Assembly: GCA_963790305.1 (NCBI GenBank)
Contig: CAWBOC010000005.1
Location: 160,001 to 224,000 of the forward strand
From: an uncultured Gemmatimonadaceae bacterium
GTDB lineage: Bacteria > Gemmatimonadota > Gemmatimonadetes > Gemmatimonadales > Gemmatimonadaceae
Reading direction: 5' to 3'
DNA length: 64,000 nucleotides
Below, one piece after another: positions 50,533 to 60,369 of the stretch. Every line of letters begins with the position of its first letter. The first letter of the stretch is position 1. The notes beneath the pieces are model-generated. The model worked only from the letters and a program-made list of their open reading frames with translations. It was not told where the DNA came from and did no database searches. The position numbers were made by a program, and so were the translations under genes.

Positions 50533-53361
50533 GTGATCACGCCACGCGCCCCGATCCGCGCACTCGTTGCGGTCGCCGCTCTCGCCCTATCCTCTGCGGC
50601 TGCCAGTGCCCAGCGCTCTGCACCACTCGACCTCGTGCTCGTCGGCGGCCGGGTGCTGGATCCGGAGACGCGTCTCGACGCTTCTCGGACCGTCGGGATC
50701 CGGGGCGGGCGCATCGCAGTCATCACCTCAGGCAGAACCGTTCCGACGGCACGCGACACCGTCGATGTGCGCGGACTCGTCGTGGCCCCCGGGTTCATCG
50801 ACCTCCATTCCCATGGGCAGGACTCGGTCAACTACGCCTTTCTCGCCCGCGATGGTGTGACGACGGCGCTCGAGATGGAGCTCGGCACGTACCCCGTCGC
50901 GCCGTGGTATGCCCAACGCGAGGGCAAGGCGCTGATCAACTTCGGCGCGACCGTGGGCCACCCAGGGGCGAGACGAGCGATGCTCGACGGCGATTCCACC
51001 GCGGCGGGCGCCGACGTGATCGCAGCGGACGGACGATTCGTGCGCGAGCCCATTGCACCTGCGCGATTGTCCGAGCTCGATGGACGTCTGGCGGCGGGGA
51101 TACGCGACGGCGCGCTCGGCATCGGCATGGGCATCAACTACACGCCCGCCGCGACGCGCGAGGAGATCCGGCGCGCCTTCGTCGTGGCGGCGCGCCACAA
51201 CGTTCCGGTGTTCGTACACCTTCGCTCCGGCGGGCTGAGCGAGCCGGCCGGCGGCATCGCCGGCGTGCAGGAGGTCATCGCCAACGCCGCCGCAACCGGC
51301 GCGGCGCTGCACGTCGTGCACGTGACGAGCATGGGACTCAGCGCCACGCCCACGCTGCTCGAGCTCATCAACGGTGCTCGTGCCCGAAAGCTCGACGTCA
51401 CCACCGAGGCGTACCCGTACAACGCCGGCGCGACCTTTCTCCAGAGCGCGCTGTTCGAGCCGGGGTTCCAGGAAAGGATGGGAATCACGTACAGCGACAT
51501 CCTCTGGCCGGCAACCGGCGAGCGGCTCACCGCGGAGTCGTTCGCCAGGTATCGGAAGGAGGGTGGGCTGGCGGTCATCTTCATGATTCCCGATTCCGCC
51601 ATCGATCAGGCGTATCGCGACCCGGACGTGATGATCGCGAGCGACGGCGGCTTCGCGATCGTCAACGGTAAGGCGTTAGGCCATCCGCGAAGCGCCGGGA
51701 CGCACGCTCGGGTACTCGGCCGCTTTGTGCGGGAGCGCAAGCTCCTCTCGCTGATGGACGCAGTGCAGAAGATGACCCTGCTCCCGGCGCGCCGGCTCGA
51801 GGGCGTCGACCCCGACATGCGACGGAAAGGGCGCGTCCAGGTCGGTGCCGACGCCGACCTGACGATCTTCGATCCCGCTCGCGTGCTCAATGTCGCGACC
51901 TTTGAGAACCCGACGCAATACTCGGCGGGAATCGTCCACGTACTGGTGAACGGGACGTTCGTCGTTCGGGGCGAGCAGCTCGTGACGGGCGTTGCGCCAG
52001 GTCGCGGAGTGCGCGGATCTGGCGCCGCTCGGTCGGGCTCGGCGCCCGGCATGTCGTCACTCGCATTCACCCATGTCGCCGTCATCGATGGCACGAGCTC
52101 GAGTCCACGGCTCGACCAGACGGTCGTCGTTCGCGGCAACCGCATCGCGTCAGTTACGCCGTCGCGGTCGGCGCGAGTTCCCGCCGGCGCACGCGTCGTG
52201 GATGGACGGGGGAAGTTTCTCATCCCCGGATTGTGGGACATGCACGTCCACACTGCGATTGTCGGCGGACGTGACCTCCTCCCGCTGTACGTCGCGAACG
52301 GAGTCACCGGCGTGCGTGACATGGCGGGCGACTGGACGACGATCACCGCGTTTCGCGACGAGATGGCGCGCGGTGCACTGGTCGGCCCGCGCATCATCGC
52401 CTCCGGTCCCTACCTCGAGGGCGGCGACGTTCCCATTCCGCACATCCTCGCGCGGGATCCCGACGAAGCACGGGTCGCCGTGGATTCGCTGGTCCGGTTA
52501 GGCGTCGACTTCGTGAAGGTGCACGGTCAACTCAAGCGCGAGACGTACTTCGCCATTGCGCGGCGCGCCCGCGAGCGCGGCATCGCGTTCGGCGGACACG
52601 TCCCATCGGTCGTCGGATCCGCCGCTGCTTCCGATTCCGGCCAGCGCAGCATCGAGCACCTTCTCGCCATCCCGGCACCGTGCACGCCGGCCGAGTCGAT
52701 CGCGCTCCAGCCGCGCTTCACGGTGCAGCGGGCGCTCGGTCGATGCTCGTCGGAGAACCTTGCGTCACTCTACGCGCGGTTCGTGCGAAACAACACGTGG
52801 GTCACTCCGACGTTCGTCGCGCAGTACGAGGTCGCGGCGTGGCCGCAGCGTGCGGTGCCGGGTGATTCGCTCGCGCACTATCTGCCTGACACGCTGCGAC
52901 GCTACGTCGCGTCGATCTTCCCGATGCCGGACAGCATTCCGGCGGGCGCGGACTCGGTCGGCCGGGCGATGTTCGAGAAGCGCCTCGCTCAGGTCGCGAC
53001 CATGCGCCGAGCCGGCGTCCGGATCCTCACCGGCACCGACGCGCCGCTGCGCAACAGCCCGCCCGGCTTCGGGCTGCACGAGGAATTTGTTTTGCTGTCG
53101 CGCGGAGGTCTTTCGCCGTTCGAGATCATTCGCGCCGCGACGCTCGAGCCTGCTCGCTTTCTCGGGATGCTCGACTCGGCCGGCACTATTGCGGCCGGCA
53201 AGCTCGCGGACCTGGTTCTCCTCGACGCGAATCCGCTTCGCGATATTCGCAACACGCGGCGCATCGCCGCGGTCGTCGCGAATGGCGAGCTGTATGAGGC
53301 GAGTGACCGGGAAAGACTTCTGAGGAGCGCGCAATGTCATCATGGCGCCGCTTGCGACTAG
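50533..53361 (+). CDS. secreted protein with two fused amidohydrolase-superfamily domains
   Basis: Domain 1: PGFIDLHSH...ASDG...HPRSAG...KMTLLPA. Domain 2: PGLWDMHVH...GTDAP...GKLADLVLL. Confidence 0.85.
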   Translation: MITPRAPIRALVAVAALALSSAAASAQRSAPLDLVLVGGRVLDPETRLDASRTVGIRGGRIAVITSGRTVPTARDTVDVRGLVVAPGFIDLHSHGQDSVNYAFLARDGVTTALEMELGTYPVAPWYAQREGKALINFGATVGHPGARRAMLDGDSTAAGADVIAADGRFVREPIAPARLSELDGRLAAGIRDGALGIGMGINYTPAATREEIRRAFVVAARHNVPVFVHLRSGGLSEPAGGIAGVQEVIANAAATGAALHVVHVTSMGLSATPTLLELINGARARKLDVTTEAYPYNAGATFLQSALFEPGFQERMGITYSDILWPATGERLTAESFARYRKEGGLAVIFMIPDSAIDQAYRDPDVMIASDGGFAIVNGKALGHPRSAGTHARVLGRFVRERKLLSLMDAVQKMTLLPARRLEGVDPDMRRKGRVQVGADADLTIFDPARVLNVATFENPTQYSAGIVHVLVNGTFVVRGEQLVTGVAPGRGVRGSGAARSGSAPGMSSLAFTHVAVIDGTSSSPRLDQTVVVRGNRIASVTPSRSARVPAGARVVDGRGKFLIPGLWDMHVHTAIVGGRDLLPLYVANGVTGVRDMAGDWTTITAFRDEMARGALVGPRIIASGPYLEGGDVPIPHILARDPDEARVAVDSLVRLGVDFVKVHGQLKRETYFAIARRARERGIAFGGHVPSVVGSAAASDSGQRSIEHLLAIPAPCTPAESIALQPRFTVQRALGRCSSENLASLYARFVRNNTWVTPTFVAQYEVAAWPQRAVPGDSLAHYLPDTLRRYVASIFPMPDSIPAGADSVGRAMFEKRLAQVATMRRAGVRILTGTDAPLRNSPPGFGLHEEFVLLSRGGLSPFEIIRAATLEPARFLGMLDSAGTIAAGKLADLVLLDANPLRDIRNTRRIAAVVANGELYEASDRERLLRSAQCHHGAACD

Positions 53362-53575
53362 CGAGGCTTGCCATCGGGATGATCTGATGGCGACGGAGAG
53401 ACCGCTGGGCTGAGATTACCCGGTCCGAATCGAGATCGAGCGCGTGCGTCCTGCGCTCACGTTCGCGGCACCTCGCCACTCCTGGCCGGTTGTGTCCGCC
53501 CGCCGGGGGCTGCATGTTCGCTCGCCCGCGCCGGGGCTCCGGCGAGCCGGTGAGCGAACCTCAGTCTCTCCGCCA

Positions 53576-55051
53576 ATGCACACCCCGACGACCGCGCCGG
53601 AAGCCCGCTCGGGCCTCGACCCGTGGACCCGCGCCGACCTCCCGGCCCCGCCCGTGCCGAAGGGGCTCTCCTGGATCGGTGTCGTCGGCCCCGGCGTCAT
53701 CGTCCTCGGCCTCTCGATCGGGAGCGGCGAGTTTCTCCTCGGGCCGACCGCGTTCGTCCGACACGGATTGACGCTCCTCTGGGTGACGACCGTCGCCGTC
53801 TTTCTTCAGACCGTGTTCAACATGGAAGCCGTACGCTATACGCTTGCCACCGGCGAGCCCGCGTTCACGGGCTTCATGCGGACGCGGCCCGGCTCCACCT
53901 TCTGGGCATGGGTCTACTCGATTCTCTACTTCCTCCAATCCGGCTGGCCGGCGTGGGCCGGCACCGCCGCGGGCGCGATCTTTTATCTCTTCGCCGGCCG
54001 ACTCGCCGCGCCCGAGGATCGTGACGCCGTCTACCTCATCGGTGTCGGCGCCTTCCTCCTGACGATCTGCGTCCTGCTCGTCGGCCGGCGGATCGAGCGC
54101 ACCCTCGAGCTCCTCAACTGGGTCATGATCGTCTGCATCCTCGGCGGATTCTTCGCGCTCGCGCTGCTCTTCGTTCCGGGGCACACCTGGCTCGCCGCCG
54201 GAGCGGGACTCGTCGGCTTCGACATCGACACGCGCCGCTTCGCGTTCATTCCTTCCGGCGCCGACTTCTTCCTCCTCGGAGCGTTCGCGGCGTACTCGGG
54301 GGCCGGCGGCGTCAACAACCTCACCCTCGCCAACTGGGCGCGCGACAAGGGCTACGGCATGGGCCAGGTCGCGGGCTATATCCCAGCCGCCGTCGGTGGA
54401 AAGAAGGTGCACCTCGCCCATACCGGCTTCTTCTTCGTGCCGACGTCGGAATCGATGGCGCGGTGGCGCGGATGGTGGCGTATCGTGCGCGCCGACCAGT
54501 GGGGAATCTTCTTCGCCGGCGCGCTGCTCGGGATGGTGCTTCCGGCGCTGCTGTACGTCACGTTCCTCTCCGCGGGAACCGACATTCGCGGACTCGGGAT
54601 TGCCGCGACCCTCGCCCAGAGCATTCGCGGCCAGGCTGGCGCATTCCTCGGCGGAGCGGTCGCGTTCCTCGGCGCGTGGATACTGTTCAAGACCCAGCTC
54701 GACATCACCGAGGGAATGACCCGCGCCATCACCGACATGGTGTGGACCGGCAGCTCGCGGATCCGCGCCCGGCGAGGCGGCGATGTCCGCCGCGTGTACT
54801 ACGGCGTCCTCGCCGCGATCGTGCTCTGGGGGATCATCGCCCTGCGACTCGCGCAGCCGATCGTCCTCCTCCAGCTCGGCGCCAACATGGCGGGGATCGT
54901 CTTCGTCGTCAGCGCGCTCCACATTCTCTACGTGAATACCCGGCTATTGTCGCCGGAGCTCAGGCCTCCTCTCTGGCGCCGGATCTCGCTCGTCGCGATG
55001 GCGCTCTTCTATGGAACGTTCGTGACGCTCTGGATCCGTAGTCTCGTGTGA
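53576..55051 (+). CDS. Nramp-like transporter
   Basis: VGPGVIVLGLSIGSGE, RYTLATGE, RDKGYGMG; about 11 TMs. Confidence 0.75.
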   Translation: MHTPTTAPEARSGLDPWTRADLPAPPVPKGLSWIGVVGPGVIVLGLSIGSGEFLLGPTAFVRHGLTLLWVTTVAVFLQTVFNMEAVRYTLATGEPAFTGFMRTRPGSTFWAWVYSILYFLQSGWPAWAGTAAGAIFYLFAGRLAAPEDRDAVYLIGVGAFLLTICVLLVGRRIERTLELLNWVMIVCILGGFFALALLFVPGHTWLAAGAGLVGFDIDTRRFAFIPSGADFFLLGAFAAYSGAGGVNNLTLANWARDKGYGMGQVAGYIPAAVGGKKVHLAHTGFFFVPTSESMARWRGWWRIVRADQWGIFFAGALLGMVLPALLYVTFLSAGTDIRGLGIAATLAQSIRGQAGAFLGGAVAFLGAWILFKTQLDITEGMTRAITDMVWTGSSRIRARRGGDVRRVYYGVLAAIVLWGIIALRLAQPIVLLQLGANMAGIVFVVSALHILYVNTRLLSPELRPPLWRRISLVAMALFYGTFVTLWIRSLV

Positions 55052-56172
55052 CCGCGCCCCACCGCTCCGATTCCGCCGCACCGGCGACACCGCTCGCTCT
55101 GCGCAACGTCGCACAGTACGAGGAGGCGGCGCGCGCGCTGCTGACTCCGGCGGTCTACGATTATTACGCGGGCGGCGCCGAGGATGAGCTGACGCTGCGG
55201 TGGAACGAGGCGGCGTTCCGGCAGTTCGCTCTGCGCCCGCGAGTGCTCGTCGACGTAAGCCGGATCGACCCGTCGGTCGAGCTGTTAGGCGATCGACTCG
55301 CGTTTCCGGTGCTGCTCGCCCCAACCGCCTTCCAGCGTCTCGCGCACCCTGACGGCGAGCTCGCGACGGCGCGCGCCGCGGCGGCGGCAGGAACGGTGTT
55401 CGTCTCGAGCACTCTGTCGACGTTCACGATCGAGGAGATCGCGGCGGCGACCCAGCGGCTCTGGCTCCAGCTCTACGTCTTCCGCGATCGAGCCATAACC
55501 CGGTCGCTGGTCGAACGCGCCGAAGCTGCCGGCTGCCAAGCGATCTCGCTGACGGTGACGGTGCCGGTTCAGGGAAACCGCGAGCGCGACGCGCACAACC
55601 GTTTCGCGCTTCCTCCGGGGATCGAGATCGCGAACTTCACCGGACTGCGTCAGTCGCGCCTTCCGGATGCAAATGCGTCGCGCCTCAATGCGTTCATCGA
55701 CGAGGAGTTCGATCCGTCGCTCTCCTGGAGGGACATCGAGTGGCTTCGCTCGATCACGAAGCTTCCGATCGTGCTGAAGGGGATCATGGCGCCGGAGGAT
55801 GGCGTGCTCGCGGTCGAGCACGGCGCCGCGGCGGTGGTCGTTTCGAACCACGGTGGACGCCAGCTCGACAGTGGCGAGCCGACGCTGTTCGCGCTGCCCC
55901 GGATCGCCGATGCGATTGGCGGTAGAATCCCTGTCCTGATGGACGGAGGAGTGCGCCGCGGGACCGACGTCGTGAAGGCGCTGTGCCTGGGCGCGACGGC
56001 AGTGATGATCGCACGACCCTATCTGTGGGGTCTCGCTATCGGCGGGCAGCGCGGGGTGGCGGATGTGCTCGGGTTGCTGCGCGCCGAGGTGGAGCGCACA
56101 CTTGCCTTGCTCGGCCGCCCGACGATCTCCGCGCTCGAGCGAAGCGCGATCGGACCGTCGCCGGACGCCTGA
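55048..56172 (+). CDS. FMN-dependent alpha-hydroxy acid oxidase/dehydrogenase
   Basis: YDYYAGGA, LRPRVL, WLQLY, VLKGI, SNHGGRQLD, DGGVRRGTD. Confidence 0.95.
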   Translation: MTAPHRSDSAAPATPLALRNVAQYEEAARALLTPAVYDYYAGGAEDELTLRWNEAAFRQFALRPRVLVDVSRIDPSVELLGDRLAFPVLLAPTAFQRLAHPDGELATARAAAAAGTVFVSSTLSTFTIEEIAAATQRLWLQLYVFRDRAITRSLVERAEAAGCQAISLTVTVPVQGNRERDAHNRFALPPGIEIANFTGLRQSRLPDANASRLNAFIDEEFDPSLSWRDIEWLRSITKLPIVLKGIMAPEDGVLAVEHGAAAVVVSNHGGRQLDSGEPTLFALPRIADAIGGRIPVLMDGGVRRGTDVVKALCLGATAVMIARPYLWGLAIGGQRGVADVLGLLRAEVERTLALLGRPTISALERSAIGPSPDA

Positions 56173-56214
56173 GGTCGACTCGGGCGCCCCGTCAGCGGGC
56201 GAGAGGGCAACCAA

Positions 56215-56694
56215 GTGGCGCTATGGCCCGACGGTCTCGCCATTCAAAGGCCGGAGTCCGACAAGCCCGAGGAGGTCGGCAACGGGTCCAAACTGGTTGC
56301 GGGACGCCCTTGGACCTGGGCGAGCTATGTCTCGCGTCCGACCATGACGATCTACCAGCCCAAGGGGCGAAATACCCGCGCTGCGATCCTGGTGTTGCCG
56401 GGTGGCGGATACCAGGCTGTGGCCATGGATCTCGAAGGTACGGAGATCTGCGACTGGATCACGAAGCAGGGCGTCACCTGCATCGTGTTGAAATACAGGG
56501 TTCCGCAAGCATGGCGTCACGACCGCGTCGAGCAGGCGCCGAAGATGCAGCTTCCGCTGCAGGACGCGCAGCGTGCGATCGGTTTGCTGCGACACCGGGC
56601 GGTCTTCGTACGGCATCGATCCCCACAAGATCGGCGTCATCGGCTTTTCGGCCGGCGGGCACCTTGCCGCGGCGGTGAGCAACGCGAGACGTGA
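56215..56694 (+). pseudogene. truncated alpha/beta hydrolase (esterase) fragment
   Basis: LPGGGY, LKYRVP, LQDAQRAI, frameshift near 56603, then GFSAGGHL; similarity ends about 56685, so the C-terminal half is missing. Confidence 0.75.
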
Positions 56695-56772
56695 ATCTGA
56701 TTGCGTCGCCAATCTCCCTCGCCTAATATCGCCACCAACCCTCCGCGCTGCTCCTGACGCGCCGGTGTCTCC

Positions 56773-58083
56773 ATGAAACGCACAAAAGCGTTGACGACGA
56801 TTCAGATCGCTGGCCTCGCCGTTCTGCTCTCCTGCGCGGGAGAGCCGACGGCGCCCCTCTCTCCTCCGGTCCAACCGGAGATCCCGATCACAGGCAGTGC
56901 CGTGCCGGGAATGGCGTCATTCGACTCGTTCGTCACCGATTTCATGCGGAAGCTCGCCATTCCCGGTGGCGCGGTTGCCGTGATGCGCGACGGTAAGCTC
57001 ATCTACGCGCGCGGCTTTGGTTACGCCAATGTCGAGAACAAGACGCTGGTGCAGCCTGACGCGCTGTTCCGGATCGCCAGCGTGTCCAAGACGCTCACCG
57101 CCGCCGCCATCATGAAGCTCGTCGAGGAAGGCAAGCTCCAGCTCGAGGATCGGGTTGCGCCATTGATCGCGCACCTCGCCCCTGCGCCGGGAGCGACCGT
57201 CGATCCGCGGTGGGAGCAGATCACCATTCGGCATCTGCTCAACCACGCCGGAGGCTGGGATCGTAAGAAACCGAATGGCGGATTCGACCCGGTGGATCGG
57301 CCGGCGATCGCCGCCGCCGCGGTCGGCGCGCCCCCGCCTGCGTCGCCTGAAACGCTGATCCGCTACATGAAGGGGATGCCGCTCGACTTCAACCCGGGCG
57401 AAAAGTTCGCCTACTCGAATTTCGGGTACATCGTTCTCGGTCGCGTGATCGAACGTGTGAGCGGCATGCCGTACAAGGATTATGTGCGCACACGCGTGCT
57501 CGAGCCCGTGGGCGCCAATCGCACGCAGCAGGGCAGATCGCGCATGACCGACGCCCTCGCGGACGAAGTGAAGTACTACTCTCCCCCCAGTTGGAACGTC
57601 ACCGCACTCCCGGTGCCTTCCGTTTTCCCGGGAGAAGGGGTGGTGCCGTACCCCTATGGCGGATTCCACCTCGAAGCAGGTGAGGCAAGCGGCGCCTGGG
57701 TCTCGTCGACCATCGATCTGTTGCGAGTCGTGGGCGGTATCGATGGCCGCCCCAGTCGTCCGGACGTCCTCAGCGCTGCACTCATCGCCGAGATGACCGG
57801 CACCGGCCCTGCGGTATGTGCCAGTGGTGCGTGCTATTATGGAGCTGGCTGGTTCGTTCGTCCAACCCAGGGCAATGCGAACTGGTGGCACGGAGGATCG
57901 ATGCCCGGCGCGACCGCCATGCTCGTGCGCACGTATGACAACGTCGCGTGGATCGGGCTGTTCAACGGTCGCGTCGTCACGCCCACCGCCAACTCCGAGC
58001 CCGAGCTCGATGCGACGCTATGGAAAGCGTTCGCGGGAGTCACATCGTTTCCGGCGCACGACCTGTTCCCGACTTTCCGATGA
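56773..58083 (+). CDS. serine hydrolase (beta-lactamase-related) lipoprotein
   Basis: LLSC lipobox; SVSK, YSN, HGG. Confidence 0.92.
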   Translation: MKRTKALTTIQIAGLAVLLSCAGEPTAPLSPPVQPEIPITGSAVPGMASFDSFVTDFMRKLAIPGGAVAVMRDGKLIYARGFGYANVENKTLVQPDALFRIASVSKTLTAAAIMKLVEEGKLQLEDRVAPLIAHLAPAPGATVDPRWEQITIRHLLNHAGGWDRKKPNGGFDPVDRPAIAAAAVGAPPPASPETLIRYMKGMPLDFNPGEKFAYSNFGYIVLGRVIERVSGMPYKDYVRTRVLEPVGANRTQQGRSRMTDALADEVKYYSPPSWNVTALPVPSVFPGEGVVPYPYGGFHLEAGEASGAWVSSTIDLLRVVGGIDGRPSRPDVLSAALIAEMTGTGPAVCASGACYYGAGWFVRPTQGNANWWHGGSMPGATAMLVRTYDNVAWIGLFNGRVVTPTANSEPELDATLWKAFAGVTSFPAHDLFPTFR

Positions 58084-58133
58084 CAAAGACCGCAGAGGCT
58101 TAGCGCCGCCGTCCATGACCCGCGGCGAACATG

Positions 58134-58622
58134 TCAGTCACCGCGTCCGAGCAGTTCCCGCTTTTCGTCCTCGGTAAGTTCGGCCTCCGCCGAATGCCCA
58201 CTGTCGCCAGCGAGTTCTCGCCGTTCAGCCCGTCTGGCTACGGCCAGCGAACCAGCAGCGCAGACCGCGCCCGCCATGGCGAGGGGAGGGCCGAACACCA
58301 GGAACTCTCCCCACAAGGCCCCCCCTCGAAGGGCCGCGCCAACGACGAAGATCCCGGACAGCAGAAGGCCACTCGCGGCGCCCCACCCCGCAAAGCGCGA
58401 AAGAGACGTGCGATCAAGCCCACGACGGCGCTCCATTCCCACGAGGATCCCGGAGAATATGATGCCGGTAACAAAGCCGAGCGGAGCAAACAGGAGGGCA
58501 AACGGGAGGTCGGAGTAGAAACCGGGCACCCGCGCCAGCAGGATCCCCGCACCAAACCATGCCGCTCCCCACGTGAGGCCCATCCCGATTGCTGCGCGGA
58601 TGCGTCGTCCCCACTTCTTCAT
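58134..58622 (-). CDS. hypothetical 4-TM membrane protein
   Basis: GGAGGT SD; four Gly/Ala-rich hydrophobic helices. Confidence 0.8.
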   Translation of the reverse strand: MKKWGRRIRAAIGMGLTWGAAWFGAGILLARVPGFYSDLPFALLFAPLGFVTGIIFSGILVGMERRRGLDRTSLSRFAGWGAASGLLLSGIFVVGAALRGGALWGEFLVFGPPLAMAGAVCAAGSLAVARRAERRELAGDSGHSAEAELTEDEKRELLGRGD

Positions 58623-58682
58623 GACTACCTCCCGACGCTCAATCGGACGCGCTTTCCCGCATGCTAACGATGGAAGGCCAAG

Positions 58683-58724
58683 TACTTTGTGATGTAGAGT
58701 ATGCCTCGGCGAGGCGGAGGTCAA
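58683..58724 (-). promoter_or_regulatory. sigma70-like promoter with overlapping imperfect palindrome
   Basis: TTGACC-N17-TACTCT; TACTTTG-N5-TAGAGTA overlaps the -10. Confidence 0.5.
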
Positions 58725-58844
58725 GAGCGTCCTAGACCGAGCATGACGAGGCCGTGGGTGTCAGAACGCAAGCCCGTCGCGATCAACGCCGCAGCAGGGT
58801 CGATGAGTAGGTGAGTTCCGCGCTGCGGGGCGTAACGTGCGTCG

Positions 58845-58870
58845 CAGCTGAACTCGGGCGTTCGGCGGCA
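58845..58870 (+). mobile_element. attC-like right half (L'/R') remnant
   Basis: cagctgaactcgggcGTTCGGCggca; 19/23 identical to the 60797 copy. Confidence 0.5.
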
Positions 58871-58986
58871 GGGGCACCGACCTCCGCTTATTTCCACACC
58901 GAACCGGACGAGCCGGACCACTACACTGCCGATCTTGGTCGGACTCTCACACTGAGTGGACCCGAAGGACAGGAGCAGGTCAGCCC

Positions 58987-59760
58987 ATGGGATGGGAGGC
59001 ACTCGAGCAGTGGGGTGACGACGTCGCTCGCATCGAACCGCTCGCTGGCGGCGTCGCCAACGACGTGTGGAGCGTGCGCGTCAACGGCCACGTTGCCGTC
59101 GGTCGTCTCGGGGCGAGGAGCGACGCTGATCTCGCGTGGGAAACCGAGCTCCTCCAACACCTCGACCGTGAAGGCCTGACCGTGCCGGTGCCGATCCCGA
59201 CCATGGACGGCCGGCTCTTCGCCGACGGTGTGGTGGTGATGACCTACGTGGAGGGCGGACCCCCCGAGACGGAGGCCGACTGGCGTCGCGTTGCCGACAC
59301 CCTCCGCCAGCTGCATCGGGTGACGCAGGGCTGGCCGCAGCGCCCCGGCTGGCGATCGTCAACCGACCTTCTAACCGCTGAGACCGGCACGAAGATCGAC
59401 CTCGGCGCGATGCCGCCTGAGAGCGTTGCTCGATGCCGGGCAGCGTGGGCGCGACTCGTCGGACGTCGGACGTGCGTCGTCCACGGCAACGCCACCAACC
59501 CTGGCAACGTCCGAATGACGGCAGATCGGGTCGCGCTGATCGACTGGGACGAGTCGCACGTCGACGCCCCCGACCTCGACCTGGTGCTGCCCCACAATGC
59601 CGCCGGTCTCGACGACGACGCGCACGACATCGCCGCGCAAGCATCGGCCGCATGGGAAGCCGCCGTCTGCTGGGACGACGAGTACGCGGTCAAGCGGCTC
59701 GCCGACGTTCGAGCTACCTCGCCAAGGCCTGACACCGGCGAAGGCGCGCAGGCCATCTAA
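58987..59760 (+). CDS. aminoglycoside phosphotransferase/kinase-like protein
   Basis: LAGGVAN, VHGN...PGNV, LIDWDE; AGGAG SD. Confidence 0.85.
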   Translation: MGWEALEQWGDDVARIEPLAGGVANDVWSVRVNGHVAVGRLGARSDADLAWETELLQHLDREGLTVPVPIPTMDGRLFADGVVVMTYVEGGPPETEADWRRVADTLRQLHRVTQGWPQRPGWRSSTDLLTAETGTKIDLGAMPPESVARCRAAWARLVGRRTCVVHGNATNPGNVRMTADRVALIDWDESHVDAPDLDLVLPHNAAGLDDDAHDIAAQASAAWEAAVCWDDEYAVKRLADVRATSPRPDTGEGAQAI

Positions 59761-59811
59761 CGAGGACGCGAAGCGATTTGAGCCGACAATTTCCGGCTTT
59801 CTCGAAGCTCG

Positions 59812-59838
59812 TGTCGATTTTGACCGGTCTCGTTCGAC
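59812..59838 (+). promoter_or_regulatory. ECF42-type promoter motif
   Basis: TGTCGA-N17-CGAC upstream of the DGPF gene; same spacing as 11387-11413. Confidence 0.7.
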
Positions 59839-59896
59839 GTGTTAGTGAGGCCGCCAAGGGCGCGGCACCCGTCACGAACCCGATCAGGAGAGAACA

Positions 59897-60304
59897 ATGC
59901 GTTTCATCGTCATGGCCATGGCGACGAAGGAATCGGAAACGGGCGTAATGCCGAAGCCCGAAGCGTTTGCCGCGATGCAGGAGTACAATGAAGACCTCGC
60001 GAAGAGAGGCATCCTCCTCGCCGCCGAGGGGCTCGCCCCAACCTCGAAGGGTGTGCGTGTGAAGTTCAGCGACGAAGAGCGCATCGTCATCGATGGTCCG
60101 TTCGCCGAGACGAAAGAGCTCGTTGCGGGCTTCTCGATCATTCAGGTGAAGTCGCTGGAAGAGGCGATCGAGCTGGTGAAGCGCACTCCGAATGTCTCTC
60201 CGAACGGCAAGGGCGAGGTCGAGATCCGCAAGCTGATGGACGTCGAGGATTTCGGTGAGGGCTTCACGCCGAACGCGGAAATCGCGAAAGTGAAGTTCAA
60301 GTAG
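59897..60304 (+). CDS. YciI/DGPF-family protein
   Basis: IDGPFAETKELVAGF...VEIR; AGGAG SD. Confidence 0.93.
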   Translation: MRFIVMAMATKESETGVMPKPEAFAAMQEYNEDLAKRGILLAAEGLAPTSKGVRVKFSDEERIVIDGPFAETKELVAGFSIIQVKSLEEAIELVKRTPNVSPNGKGEVEIRKLMDVEDFGEGFTPNAEIAKVKFK

Positions 60305-60369
60305 CCGCAGAAGGTCGCGCCCGCGGCGCGAAGGCTCGAAGGCCTGTTCCCACTCACCGGAAATGGCGC

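Noticed and set aside
13170..56610. About ten frameshifts (13180, 23385, 23760, 24272, 24462, 27170, 28160, 40148, 47697, 56603) read as programmed frameshifting, phase variation or mass pseudogenisation
   Set aside because: They are isolated indels in otherwise intact, unrelated genes, some in short homopolymers, with no accumulated stops or shared slippery motif. Sequencing error is the simplest explanation; read polishing would settle it.
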